A stretch of 64,000 nt of DNA from Longimicrobiales bacterium. Its GTDB lineage: Bacteria > Gemmatimonadota > Gemmatimonadetes > Longimicrobiales > Gaopeijiaceae. This document shows, piece after piece, positions 1 to 9,722 of the stretch. Made by a program: the position numbers and the translations under genes. The notes beneath the pieces are model-generated. The model saw only the letters and a list, made by a program, of their open reading frames with translations. It searched no databases and was not told where the DNA came from. Positions within the stretch are counted from its first letter, which is position 1. Every line of letters begins with the position of its first letter. The stretch covers positions 3,616,001 to 3,680,000 of the forward strand of contig OZ250165.1 in the NCBI GenBank assembly GCA_965238005.1, read 5' to 3'.

Positions 1-746
1 TCCACGGGAATCCGGGGCTGCGCTTCGTGGGTGTGGACGACTTCCGTGTGCTCAAGGGTGTGCTCGTGCAGCCCAAGGAGTCGTTCCAGGTACGGATATG
101 TGCCGACGCGGCCCGCCAGCGGGGTGATGAGTTCGTTGTGACGGCGGAGCTCTGCAGCGGTGGTAGCAACGGCCGCAGGGTGCGCCACGCCCGGGCCCAG
201 ATCGTCCTCGCGGTCCGTCAGCCGGATCCTGGGGCTCCCCACGCCCCGGCAGACCAGCCGGCATTGGGGAGGTCCATCGAGACCATCTATTCCGAGACGC
301 TCTTCCACGGACCGGCCATGCGCGGGCTCGTGGAGGTCGAAAGCTGTGGAGACGCAGGTCTGGTGGCTCGCTGCCGGGTGGCACCACCGCCGAAGGACTG
401 GATGAAGGAGCCCGTGCGCAGTCGGTGGATCGCCGATCCCTTGGTCCTCGACAGCGGCCTCCAAGCTATGATCGTCTGGACCTCGGACCGGGTAGGGGAG
501 GCCTCGCTGCCTTCGCGGCTCACGCGCTACCGCCAGTTCGTGCCGACGTTCCCTTCGGACGGCGCGCGCATCGTCATCAACGTGCGTGACCGAACGAACA
601 CGCGCGTCGTTTCGGACATCGACTGGGTGGGGGAAGACGGGCGCTTGCTGGCCCGGCTCGAAGGGTACGAGTCCGTCGTGGACTCCTCTCTGAGCAAGGC
701 GTTCCGCCAGAACAGACTCGACGAGAGCGCGCCGAAGCAGGCGTAA
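1..746 (+). CDS. pfaA: PUFA synthase PfaA-like subunit, C-terminal PKS dehydratase (PS-DH) region; 5' part outside window
   Basis: LFHGPAM and DPLVLDSGLQ motifs of a PS-DH domain; TAA at 744-746, 5 nt before a PfaBC-like gene. Confidence 0.75.
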   Translation, partial: HGNPGLRFVGVDDFRVLKGVLVQPKESFQVRICADAARQRGDEFVVTAELCSGGSNGRRVRHARAQIVLAVRQPDPGAPHAPADQPALGRSIETIYSETLFHGPAMRGLVEVESCGDAGLVARCRVAPPPKDWMKEPVRSRWIADPLVLDSGLQAMIVWTSDRVGEASLPSRLTRYRQFVPTFPSDGARIVINVRDRTNTRVVSDIDWVGEDGRLLARLEGYESVVDSSLSKAFRQNRLDESAPKQA

Positions 747-751
747 CGGCT

Positions 752-3700
752 ATGTCCTCACCCGAGCCGATCGCAATCGTCGGCCTCGGCGGGGTGCTCC
801 CCGGTGCCGCTACACCCGATGACTTCTGGCGCGTCGTCGAGGCCGGCATCGACACCGCCTCCGAGCCACCCCTGGGCCGCTGGCACCTGGATGTGGAGCA
901 GGCGTACGATTCCGAGCACGCCCGGGCGGATCACGTCTACTCCCGGCGGGCCTGCTTCGTTAGAGACTTCGAGCTGGATCCGACCGGCCTGTATCTGCCA
1001 GCGGAGCTTGTCGACGCCCTCGATCCCATGGTCCACCTGGCGCTGCACGCCGGCAGGCAGGCGTGGCACGACGCCGTCACCGATCCGGTCGATCCCGGAC
1101 GCGTGGGTGTCATGCTCGGCAACATCGTCCTCCCCACGGTGTCGGCTTCGGCCATGGCCGACTGGATCCTGGGGCGTCGCTTCGAGCGCGAGCTCTTCCG
1201 GGCGGCCGGCGTACCCATGCCCATGGAGGATCGGGCCCCGGTCGGGGCGATCAACCGCTGGGTCGCCGGGCTTCCCGCCGCCATGCTGGCAAGGGCCCTG
1301 GGCCTCGGTGGGGAGCGGTTCTGCCTGGACGCGGCGTGCTCCTCGTCCCTCTTCGCCCTGGAGCTCGCCGTCGACGCCCTCCGGAGTGGCCGCCTCGACG
1401 CCGTCCTCGCCGGCGGACTGTCCCGGCCCGACTCCCTGTACACCCAGATGGGATTCTCCCAGCTCCTGGCCGTCTCACCCACAGGCCGCTGCTCTCCCTT
1501 CGATCACAAGGCTGACGGCTTGGTGGTGGGCGAGGGCGCCGGAGTTCTGGTAGTGAAGCGCCTCTCCGACGCACTGGAGCATGGAGATCGGATCCGAGCC
1601 GTCGTGAGGAGCGTAGGCCTCTCCAACGACGTGGAGGGCAGCCTCCTGGCCCCCAGCCAGGAGGGACAGCTGCGGGCCATGCGAGGCGCTTACGGAGCGG
1701 CCGGTTGGCGCCCGAGCGACGTGGATCTGGTGGAGTGTCACGCCACGGGCACGCCGGTGGGTGACGCCGTGGAGTTCGCGAGCCTGCAGGCGCTCTGGGC
1801 CGATGAGGACGCCCCCGAAGCGAGCTGCGTCATCGGTTCGGCCAAGTCCAACACCGGCCACCTGCTGACCGGGGCCGGAGCCGTCGGGCTTCTCAAGACC
1901 GTGTTGGCCATGGAGCATCGGGTTCTGCCCCCGACAGCCAACTTCGAGGAGCCGGGGGACAAGGTCGACCTCGCCCGGAGCCCGTTCCGAGTGCTGCGAG
2001 GGGCAGAGCCCTGGGAGGCCCCGTCGAGTCACCCGCGTCGTACGGCGGTGAGCGGCTTCGGCTTCGGGGGGACCAACGCCCACGTGCTTCTGGAGGAGTT
2101 CGGGGAGCCCTCGGCCGGGCGTGCCACAGTCGCCGTTCCGGAGCTGCCCGCGCCCGAGGGAATCGCCATCGTGGGCATGGGCGCCCGTATCGGCCCGTGG
2201 CAGGATCTGGAGTCCGTCCAGCGGCGGATACTGGGCCGCGGGGATGATCATCCGGTTCGCGCCAAGGAGAACCACTGGGGGGTGCCGGACCCTCCGCTGG
2301 GGTGGTTCGTCGAGGAGCTCGAGATTCCCTTCGGCCGCTTCAAGATCCCGCCAAAGGAGATCGAGGAGGCTCTCCCCCAGCAGATTCTCATGCTCCAGGT
2401 GGCCGAGCGCGCCATCGTGGACGCCGCCCTGGACGATGTCGAGCGCCTTCGCACAGGTGTGTTCGTGGGGGTCGAACTCGATCTCAACACGACCAACTAC
2501 CACCTGCGATGGGCCGTGCGATCCCGGGCCGCGGATTGGGCCCGGAGGCTGGAGCGTCCGACCCAAGGAGCAGAGTTCCAGAACTGGGTGGACGAGCTCT
2601 GCGATTCCCTCACGCCCGCGCTCAACGCCAACCGCACCATCGGCGGTCTCGGCTCCATCGTGGCAAGCCGGGTCGCCCGGGAGTTCGGCCTCGGCGGTCC
2701 GAGCTACGTCCTCGCCAGCGAAGAGACCTCCGGCATGTCGGCCCTCCAGGCAGCGATCCGAGCGCTCCAGACCAGACGACTCGACTGTGCCGTCGTGGGG
2801 GCCGTCGACCTGTCCGGAGACGTCCGCGCCCTGCTCTCTCTGGCCAGTACGGATGGCGTGGCGGGTGACGGCGTTCCGCGCCCCTTCGACGGAGAGTCCC
2901 AAGGCGTGGTACCCAGCGACGGCGCGGTCGCTCTCGTGCTGAGGCGGGAAGACGAGGCCCGACAGGAGGGTGATCGTATCTACGCGGTTGTCCGGGGCGT
3001 AGGAAGCGCGGGCGGAGACCTGGCGGACGCGAGCGCCGAAGCCATCCGCCGGAGCTGCCGGGAAGCCCGTGTCGACCCCGATGACGTTCCTTACGTGGAG
3101 GGCCACGGCGGCGGGGTGCCGAAGGAGGACCGATCGGAAGCCCGAGCGCTGACAGAGGTCTTCGGAGCCGACACCATCCTCGGATGCACCAAAGCCCGCG
3201 TTGGTCACACGGGAGCTGCGGCGGGGCTCGTCTCGGTCCTCGGGGCCAGCCTGGCGCTCTACCAGCAGGTGCTACCCGGGGCCAACCGACGCGACCGAGC
3301 CATGCCTGGAGACGGCTCTGCGGCCGGGCCTGCGCGTGTTCCCGAATCGGACACGGGCCTGATTCCGCTGGCCGACTCCCGTCCGTGGGTCCGCGATCGA
3401 ACCGACGGTCCGCGGCGGGCCGGCGTTCTGGCGGTATCTCGAGGCGGATCCTGCTCACACGTAGTGTTGGAGGGACTGGACGAATCGGCGCGTGAGGAAG
3501 AGCGATCGAGTCCCCTGGGCCCCTTGCACGAAGGGCTCTTCGTGGTGGAAGGCGACGACGACGAGGCTGTGGCCGCCGGCCTGAGACGCCTCGCCGACTT
3601 CGCCGCGGCTACGCGGTCGGCTCCGGTGCACGCCCTGGCGCGACGCTGGTGGCAGGAACAGCCCCTGCGGCCGGGCGCCGCCCGGGCCATCGCCCTGGTC

Positions 3701-6700
3701 GTCCGTGATGCCGGCGAGGTTGAGAGCCTCGCCCGGTCCGCGGCCGACCAGATCGAGGCGGGTGCCGACCCGTCGGATCGGAGCGCCGGCCGGGTCTTCT
3801 TCTCGCGAGAGCCCCTGGGACCCGAGGGTCAGCTCGCCTTCGTATATCCCGGCTCGGGGAGTCAGTTCACCGGAATGGGCCGGGAGCTCTGCCTCCAGTG
3901 GCCGGAGAGCCTGCGAGCGCGGGAGGGGAGCAGCGAGAAGCTGAGCTCCCAGTTGAGGACGCCGGAGATCTGGCGGACCGGCCCCACCCCCACCGATGCC
4001 CGTACGGTGCTCCTCTCCCAGGTGGCGCTGGGCACCCTGGCCACGGACCTCATGTCCCGTTTCGGCGTGCGCCCCGACGCGGTGGTCGGTTACTCGTTGG
4101 GAGAGACGGCGGGGCTGTTCTCCACGGGAGCTTGGCACGAGCGGGACGAGATGCTTCGCAGAACCACCGAGAGCGATCTCTTCGTGACCCAGCTCGCGGG
4201 CCCCTGCACCGCCGCCCGCGCCGCCTGGAATCTCGACGAGGATGCTCCGTTGGAGTGGCGGGTCGGGGTGGTCGACCAGCCCGCCGACAAGGTGAGAGAG
4301 GTCCTGGAGGGGCGAGAGCGGGTCTACCTGCTCATCGTGAATACTCCCGGCGAGTGCGTCATTGGTGGCGACGCAGACGCGGTGGATGAAGCCGTCCAGG
4401 CCTTGGGCTCGGCGTTCCATGCGCTCCAGGGTGTCACCACCGTGCACTGTGAGGTCGCCCGCGAGGTGGAGAAGGCTTACCGCGACCTGCACCTGCTCGA
4501 TACCCGCCCACCGGAGGGTATGCGCTTCTACAGCGGGGCCTGGGGAGAGTCCTACGACGTGGACCGGGAGCGGGCTGCCGACTCCCTCCTTGCCCAGGCG
4601 CTCCACGGAGTGGACTTCCCCAAGACTGTACGCCAGGCCTACGAGGACGGCGTACGCATCTTCCTGGAGATGGGGCCAGGAGCGTCGTGCACGCGCATGG
4701 TTTCGAGAATCCTCGACGGTCTCCCCTTCAGGGCGCGCTCCATCTCCTCGCCGACGCAGGACGAGCCGGACGCCGTCCTCAGGGCCCTTGCCATGCTCGT
4801 GGTCGAGCGAGTGGAGGTCGATCTCACGCTCCTCTATCCCGGCGTCGTCGAGCCCGAGGGCGAGTCGGGACCGGCCATCCGGGTTCCCATCGGCCAGGTG
4901 GGCTTTGGAGCGATGCCCGTGGGAACCGTGGCGGCGGAGCCCGTCGGAACCGTGGCGGCGGAGCCCGGCGGAACCCTACCGAGCGCTGAGCCCCACGCGT
5001 CTCTCCCCACGGAGCTCCCCCCGGGTCTGGCGGTCGCCGTGCGGGCCGCCCAGAAGACGGTGGAGGCCCACGAGGCTTTTCTCCGCTCGGCCGAGCACAC
5101 CCGGCAGCTGGCAGCGGCCCAGCTGGCGCATCAGCAAGACTTGATGCACGCCTTGGCCAGCGGGGGCGCAGCACCCTTGATCCCGGATCTGGGCGCTGCC
5201 GTAGCGGCAGTGGAGTCTGCACCGCCGCCCACCGCCTCTCCCCCGGTACCACCCGAGACGACCCGCGACGCCCCCGCTCCGGTGCGCTCCATCACCCTGG
5301 ACCGCGACCAGCTAATGGAGTTCGCCGTCGGCTCCATCGGAGATGTGCTGGGTGAGCGCTTCGCCCACGTGGACAGCCACTCGACCCGCGTGCGATTGCC
5401 CGACGAGCCGCTCATGCTCGTCGACCGCGTCATGACCATCGAGGCCGAGCCCCAGTCCATGACCTCGGGGCGGATCGTGACGGAGCACGACGTGCTCGAG
5501 GGCGCCTGGTACCTGGACGGGGGACGCATCCCTACGTGCGTCGCTGTCGAAGCAGGGCAGGCCGACCTGCTCCTCTCGGGCTACCTGGGCATCGACTCCG
5601 AGACGAAGGGCCTGGCAGTGTACCGGCTCCTGGACGCCGTGGTGACCTTCCACGGAGAGCTGACACGGCCGGGTCAGGTTATCGTCTACGACATCCGAAT
5701 CCTCCGGTTCTTCCGGCAGGGCGACACCTGGCTGTTCCGCTTCCAGTTCGACGCCACGGTCGACGGGCGCCCGCTCATGACCATGCGGGAGGGCTCAGCA
5801 GGCTTCTTCACGCAAGGAGAGCTCGATGCCGGGAAGGGCATCGTGTTGACCGGCATGGAGCAGCGGGCCATGCCCGGCCGGCGGCCCGACGACTGGCGGG
5901 AGCTGGTCCCCATGCGCAAGGAGTCCTACGACGCAGAACAGGTCGAGGCGCTCCGGCGTGGTGACCTGGCCGGCGCGTTCGGTGAGGAGTTCGCCGGACT
6001 CGGCGTGACCCGTCCGCTCACGATCCCCGGAGACCGCATGCGGCTGGTTCACCGGGTCACGGAGCTCGACCCCGAGGGCGGACGCTACGGCATCGGGAGC
6101 ATCGTGGCGGAAGCCGACATCCATCCTGACGACTGGTTCCTCACCTGCCACTTCGTCGACGACGAGGTGATGCCGGGCACGCTGATGTACGAGTGCTGCC
6201 TGCACACGCTGCGGATCTTCCTCCTTCGCATGGGCTGGATCGCCGAGGATGGAGCCGCAACATGGCAGCCTATCGTCGACGTGAAGAGCCGGCTCAGATG
6301 CCGGGGCCAGGTGCTGGCCTCTACGGAGATGGTCACCTACGAGATCAACCTCCAGGAGCTCGGCTACGACCCCGAGCCCCACGCCATCGTGGACGCCATG
6401 ATGTACGCCGACGGCAAGCTTATTGTGGACATCCGCGACATGTCCGTCCGGCTGACCGGCGCGAACCGGGCTCAACTGGAGTCTCTTTGGGCGAACCGAG
6501 GCGCCGGCGCTTCCCCCGACCTGACACCGAAGAGCACGGCAGCGACGCATGCGAGGACGGAGGCCGCTGACGCCGCCTCCGCAGAGTCGCTGGCCCCCGG
6601 GAGCGCTCCCTCCGAGATCACCGTCGTCGAGTCGCCCGGCGGCGCCCCCAAGGTCGTGGCTCTCTATCGGGACCCGTCGGTCCCGTACGACAAGGCGAGC

Positions 6701-7762
6701 ATCCTGGCCTTCAGCAGCGGCAAGCCGTCGGAGGCGTTCGGCGAGGTCTACAGCTCCTTCGACAGTGGTCCGCGGCGCATCGCCCGGCTTCCGCGTCCCC
6801 CGTACCAGTGCATCGATCGTGTTACGTCGGTGGAGGGGGAGCCCTTCGTCATGAAGGCGGGGGCCAAAGCCACGGCTCAGTTCGACGTCACAGCCGACCA
6901 CTGGTACTTCGCGAGCAACCGCCAAGGCGAGATGCCCTTCGCCGTGCTCCTGGAGGTGGCGCTCCAGCCCTGCGGGTGGCTGGCGGGATACGTGGGGTCG
7001 GCTCTGGCCTCCAACACGGACGTGCGCTTCCGTAACCTGGGGGGCGAGGCCGTGCAGCTGGCCAGGATGACCGCCGGCACAGACGTGATCACCACCCAGG
7101 TGGAGCTCACCAGCGTCTCCTTGTCAGGGGGGATGATCATCCAGCACTACTCCATGTCGCTGGCCGCCGATCGTCGGGGGCCACTGTACGAGGGGACCAC
7201 CTACTTCGGCTTCTTCTCGGACCAGGCCCTGGCTGATCAGGTCGGCATGCGCGACGCCGTCATCCATGATCCCCCGTCTGCGGAGCGCCAGCGTGGGCTG
7301 AGCTTCCCGCTCCCAGGCGAGCGGCCATTCCCCGACGAGCACTTCCGTATGGTGGACCGGATCGATCTCCTGGTGCCCGACGGCGGCCCGAACGGTCTCG
7401 GATGGATCGAAGGATCCATCGACGTCGATCCGGGTGCCTGGTTCTTCGAGGCCCACTTCTACCAGGATCCCGTGTGGCCCGGCTCCCTCGGCCTGGAGGC
7501 GTTCGTACAGCTGCTCAAGGCGTACGCCGCCAAGCGCTGGCGTCTCGGTGAGGCGGCCGAGTTCCGTACGCCCCCCAGTGACAACCGCCATCGATGGAGC
7601 TACCGGGGCCAGATCGTCCCGGGTTGCCGGCGCGTGCAGGTGTGCGCCAGCATCACTGCAGTGAACGACGACCGGCGAACCCTCATGGCCGACGGATTCC
7701 TTTCGGTGGACGGCAGGACCATCTATTCGATGAACGATTTCAGCCTGGAGGCGCGCGAGTGA
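752..7762 (+). CDS. Fused PfaB/PfaC-type PUFA synthase subunit (KS-CLF-AT-FabA-like DH domains)
   Basis: 2336 aa. KS has DAACSSS, HATGT and GHLLTGAG. The second KS-like domain has Glu in place of Cys (LASEETSG). AT has GYSLGE. FabA-type DH motifs DWFLTCHFVDDEVMPG and WFFEAHFYQDPVWPG, plus two degenerate DH repeats. Confidence 0.9.
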   Translation: MSSPEPIAIVGLGGVLPGAATPDDFWRVVEAGIDTASEPPLGRWHLDVEQAYDSEHARADHVYSRRACFVRDFELDPTGLYLPAELVDALDPMVHLALHAGRQAWHDAVTDPVDPGRVGVMLGNIVLPTVSASAMADWILGRRFERELFRAAGVPMPMEDRAPVGAINRWVAGLPAAMLARALGLGGERFCLDAACSSSLFALELAVDALRSGRLDAVLAGGLSRPDSLYTQMGFSQLLAVSPTGRCSPFDHKADGLVVGEGAGVLVVKRLSDALEHGDRIRAVVRSVGLSNDVEGSLLAPSQEGQLRAMRGAYGAAGWRPSDVDLVECHATGTPVGDAVEFASLQALWADEDAPEASCVIGSAKSNTGHLLTGAGAVGLLKTVLAMEHRVLPPTANFEEPGDKVDLARSPFRVLRGAEPWEAPSSHPRRTAVSGFGFGGTNAHVLLEEFGEPSAGRATVAVPELPAPEGIAIVGMGARIGPWQDLESVQRRILGRGDDHPVRAKENHWGVPDPPLGWFVEELEIPFGRFKIPPKEIEEALPQQILMLQVAERAIVDAALDDVERLRTGVFVGVELDLNTTNYHLRWAVRSRAADWARRLERPTQGAEFQNWVDELCDSLTPALNANRTIGGLGSIVASRVAREFGLGGPSYVLASEETSGMSALQAAIRALQTRRLDCAVVGAVDLSGDVRALLSLASTDGVAGDGVPRPFDGESQGVVPSDGAVALVLRREDEARQEGDRIYAVVRGVGSAGGDLADASAEAIRRSCREARVDPDDVPYVEGHGGGVPKEDRSEARALTEVFGADTILGCTKARVGHTGAAAGLVSVLGASLALYQQVLPGANRRDRAMPGDGSAAGPARVPESDTGLIPLADSRPWVRDRTDGPRRAGVLAVSRGGSCSHVVLEGLDESAREEERSSPLGPLHEGLFVVEGDDDEAVAAGLRRLADFAAATRSAPVHALARRWWQEQPLRPGAARAIALVVRDAGEVESLARSAADQIEAGADPSDRSAGRVFFSREPLGPEGQLAFVYPGSGSQFTGMGRELCLQWPESLRAREGSSEKLSSQLRTPEIWRTGPTPTDARTVLLSQVALGTLATDLMSRFGVRPDAVVGYSLGETAGLFSTGAWHERDEMLRRTTESDLFVTQLAGPCTAARAAWNLDEDAPLEWRVGVVDQPADKVREVLEGRERVYLLIVNTPGECVIGGDADAVDEAVQALGSAFHALQGVTTVHCEVAREVEKAYRDLHLLDTRPPEGMRFYSGAWGESYDVDRERAADSLLAQALHGVDFPKTVRQAYEDGVRIFLEMGPGASCTRMVSRILDGLPFRARSISSPTQDEPDAVLRALAMLVVERVEVDLTLLYPGVVEPEGESGPAIRVPIGQVGFGAMPVGTVAAEPVGTVAAEPGGTLPSAEPHASLPTELPPGLAVAVRAAQKTVEAHEAFLRSAEHTRQLAAAQLAHQQDLMHALASGGAAPLIPDLGAAVAAVESAPPPTASPPVPPETTRDAPAPVRSITLDRDQLMEFAVGSIGDVLGERFAHVDSHSTRVRLPDEPLMLVDRVMTIEAEPQSMTSGRIVTEHDVLEGAWYLDGGRIPTCVAVEAGQADLLLSGYLGIDSETKGLAVYRLLDAVVTFHGELTRPGQVIVYDIRILRFFRQGDTWLFRFQFDATVDGRPLMTMREGSAGFFTQGELDAGKGIVLTGMEQRAMPGRRPDDWRELVPMRKESYDAEQVEALRRGDLAGAFGEEFAGLGVTRPLTIPGDRMRLVHRVTELDPEGGRYGIGSIVAEADIHPDDWFLTCHFVDDEVMPGTLMYECCLHTLRIFLLRMGWIAEDGAATWQPIVDVKSRLRCRGQVLASTEMVTYEINLQELGYDPEPHAIVDAMMYADGKLIVDIRDMSVRLTGANRAQLESLWANRGAGASPDLTPKSTAATHARTEAADAASAESLAPGSAPSEITVVESPGGAPKVVALYRDPSVPYDKASILAFSSGKPSEAFGEVYSSFDSGPRRIARLPRPPYQCIDRVTSVEGEPFVMKAGAKATAQFDVTADHWYFASNRQGEMPFAVLLEVALQPCGWLAGYVGSALASNTDVRFRNLGGEAVQLARMTAGTDVITTQVELTSVSLSGGMIIQHYSMSLAADRRGPLYEGTTYFGFFSDQALADQVGMRDAVIHDPPSAERQRGLSFPLPGERPFPDEHFRMVDRIDLLVPDGGPNGLGWIEGSIDVDPGAWFFEAHFYQDPVWPGSLGLEAFVQLLKAYAAKRWRLGEAAEFRTPPSDNRHRWSYRGQIVPGCRRVQVCASITAVNDDRRTLMADGFLSVDGRTIYSMNDFSLEARE
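4916..4975 (+). repeat. 24-bp tandem duplication (2.5 copies) in the PfaBC inter-domain linker
   Basis: cccgt(g/c)ggaaccgtggcggcggag x2 plus partial copy; encodes PVGTVAAE repeats. Confidence 0.85.
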
Positions 7763-8838
7763 GGTATTCGCGTGTGGTCATCGAGCGCTTCGGCTACGAG
7801 CTGGCGCCGTGCATCGTCACGTCCGACGAGCTGGAGGAGAGGTTGGCCCCAGCCTATCGCCAGCTGCACATCCAGCCAGGCCAGTTGCTCCTCATGACGG
7901 GGATCCAGGAGCGCCGTTATTGGGATCCGGGATACACCGTGACCCAAGGCGCCACGGCCGCCGCCCTGAAGGCGCTCCGCGACTCGCCCATACCGGCCGA
8001 CGCCCTCGACATGCTGATCTACGCCGGCGTGTGCCGGGAGCACTTCGAGCCCGCCACGGCCTGCCACGTCGCCGCCGGCCTGCAGAAGGCCGGCCAACCG
8101 ATCCGGCCGTCGGCCCACGTCTACGACGTGAGCAACGCGTGTCTCGGCGTCCTGAACGGCATTCTCGACATCGCCAACCGCATCGAACTGGGCCAGATCC
8201 GAGCGGGGATGGTGGTGAGCTGCGAGACCGCCCGGGACATCGTCGACACGACCATCGCCCGCCTCAACGGCCGTCCGGACATGGAGCAGTTCAAGACGGC
8301 CATCGCAACGCTCACGGGTGGATCGGCGGCCGTTGCGGTGATCCTGAGCGACGGCTCCTTCGGCGAGTCGGACAGGAGGCGCCTCCGAGGAGCGGTGGTC
8401 GAGACGGCCCCCGAGCACCACATGTTGTGCCGCTGGGGCTTGGAGGCCCACCCCGCGAGCCAGGCGAACGGAGCGGAGCCCAGCCTGCGGGAGTTCGCAA
8501 GCACCGACGCGCCCGCCGTGCTCGAGCACGGCGTAGCCCTGGGCGCCCGGACCTGGGACGAGTTCCTCAAGGAGATGGAGTGGCCCGTCCAGCAGGTCGA
8601 TCGAACCGTCTGCCACCAGGTCGGCTCCGCCCATCGCGACGTGATGCTGCGGACCATGGGCCTTTCCCCGGAGCACGACTTCGTGACCTACGAGTATCTG
8701 GGAAACACCGGGACGGCAGCCCTGCCGGTGGCCGCGGCCCTGGCTCAGGAGCGGGGATTCATAGAGCCCGGACATCGGGTCGGCCTTCTCGGCATCGGCA
8801 GTGGCCTGAACTGCATGATGTTGGGAGTGGATTGGTGA
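7759..8838 (+). CDS. oleA: OleA thiolase-fold acyl condensing enzyme
   Basis: GTG start overlaps pfaBC stop (GTGA). MRYSRVVIE..YELAP start; EPATA, DVSNACLG (catalytic Cys), CHQVG, GNTG and GIGSGLNCMMLG motifs. Confidence 0.92.
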   Translation: MRYSRVVIERFGYELAPCIVTSDELEERLAPAYRQLHIQPGQLLLMTGIQERRYWDPGYTVTQGATAAALKALRDSPIPADALDMLIYAGVCREHFEPATACHVAAGLQKAGQPIRPSAHVYDVSNACLGVLNGILDIANRIELGQIRAGMVVSCETARDIVDTTIARLNGRPDMEQFKTAIATLTGGSAAVAVILSDGSFGESDRRRLRGAVVETAPEHHMLCRWGLEAHPASQANGAEPSLREFASTDAPAVLEHGVALGARTWDEFLKEMEWPVQQVDRTVCHQVGSAHRDVMLRTMGLSPEHDFVTYEYLGNTGTAALPVAAALAQERGFIEPGHRVGLLGIGSGLNCMMLGVDW

Positions 8839-9722
8839 GCACCCTCTACCCATTCGCCCCCCACTACCTGCACATCGCCGGAAACCGGCTCCACTACGTC
8901 GACGAAGGCTCGGGCGAAGCCGTGCTCATGCTTCACGGCAATCCGAGCTGGTCGTTCTTCTACAGGGATCTCATCCGGGAGCTCATGGGCGGCCATCGCA
9001 CCGTGGCGCCCGATCACATCGGGTGTGGCCGCTCCGACAAGCCCGATGACGGGAGCTACGAGTATACGTTGGCCTCTCGTGTCTCGGACGTGAGCTCGCT
9101 GGTGGAGGAGCTGGACCTGCGAGACATCACCCTGGTGGTCCACGACTGGGGCGGGATGATCGGGATGGCTTGGGCCGTTCGAAACGTCCAGAGGCTCTCA
9201 CGCCTGGTCGTTATGAACACGGCCGCGTTTCCGCTGCTGGACGACAAGCGCATTCCCGCTGCCCTCTCGCTGGCCCGGACCCCGGGCCTGGGCGCCCTCC
9301 TGGTGCGCGGCGCCAACGCCTTCGCCCGGGGGGCGGTCCGCACCTGCGTGACGCGTGCGCCCATGTCGAAGGAGGTGGCAGCCGGCTACCTCGAGCCGTA
9401 CGACTCCTGGGCTCACCGCATCGCGGTCCATCGCTTCGTGCAGGACATACCGCTTCACGACGGCCACCGTGCCTACCCCATCGTCCGTGAGACTGCGGAC
9501 TCCCTAGACCGGCTCGCCGGAATTCCCATGCTGATCTGCTGGGGCATGAAGGACTTCGTGTTCCACAGCGAATTCCTCGACGAGTGGATTGCTCGCTTCC
9601 CCGCCGCCGAGGTGCATCGCTTCTCGGACTGTGGACACTACGTTCTCGAGGACGCCTCGAAGGAGATCGCACCACTGGTCCGTCACTTCCTCGAGGCGCA
9701 CCCGCACCGCGCGTCCACATGA
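8835..9722 (+). CDS. oleB: OleB beta-lactone decarboxylase (haloalkane dehalogenase-like alpha/beta hydrolase)
   Basis: GTGA overlap with oleA; HGNPSWSF, VHDWGG and GHYVLED motifs; position within oleABCD. Confidence 0.9.
   Translation: MSTLYPFAPHYLHIAGNRLHYVDEGSGEAVLMLHGNPSWSFFYRDLIRELMGGHRTVAPDHIGCGRSDKPDDGSYEYTLASRVSDVSSLVEELDLRDITLVVHDWGGMIGMAWAVRNVQRLSRLVVMNTAAFPLLDDKRIPAALSLARTPGLGALLVRGANAFARGAVRTCVTRAPMSKEVAAGYLEPYDSWAHRIAVHRFVQDIPLHDGHRAYPIVRETADSLDRLAGIPMLICWGMKDFVFHSEFLDEWIARFPAAEVHRFSDCGHYVLEDASKEIAPLVRHFLEAHPHRAST

Noticed and set aside
1475..3208. Long antisense ORFs (e.g. 1475-3208, 19491-21044, 21438-23276, 42913-44553)
   Set aside because: They mirror well-supported genes, as expected from high GC3 codon bias, and have no motifs
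7594..9718. Long N-terminal extensions of OleA, OleB and OleC in the ORF track (starts 7594, 7809, 9584)
   Set aside because: These are Arg/Pro-rich shadow translations; the real starts coincide with 4-nt stop/start overlaps at 7759, 8835 and 9719
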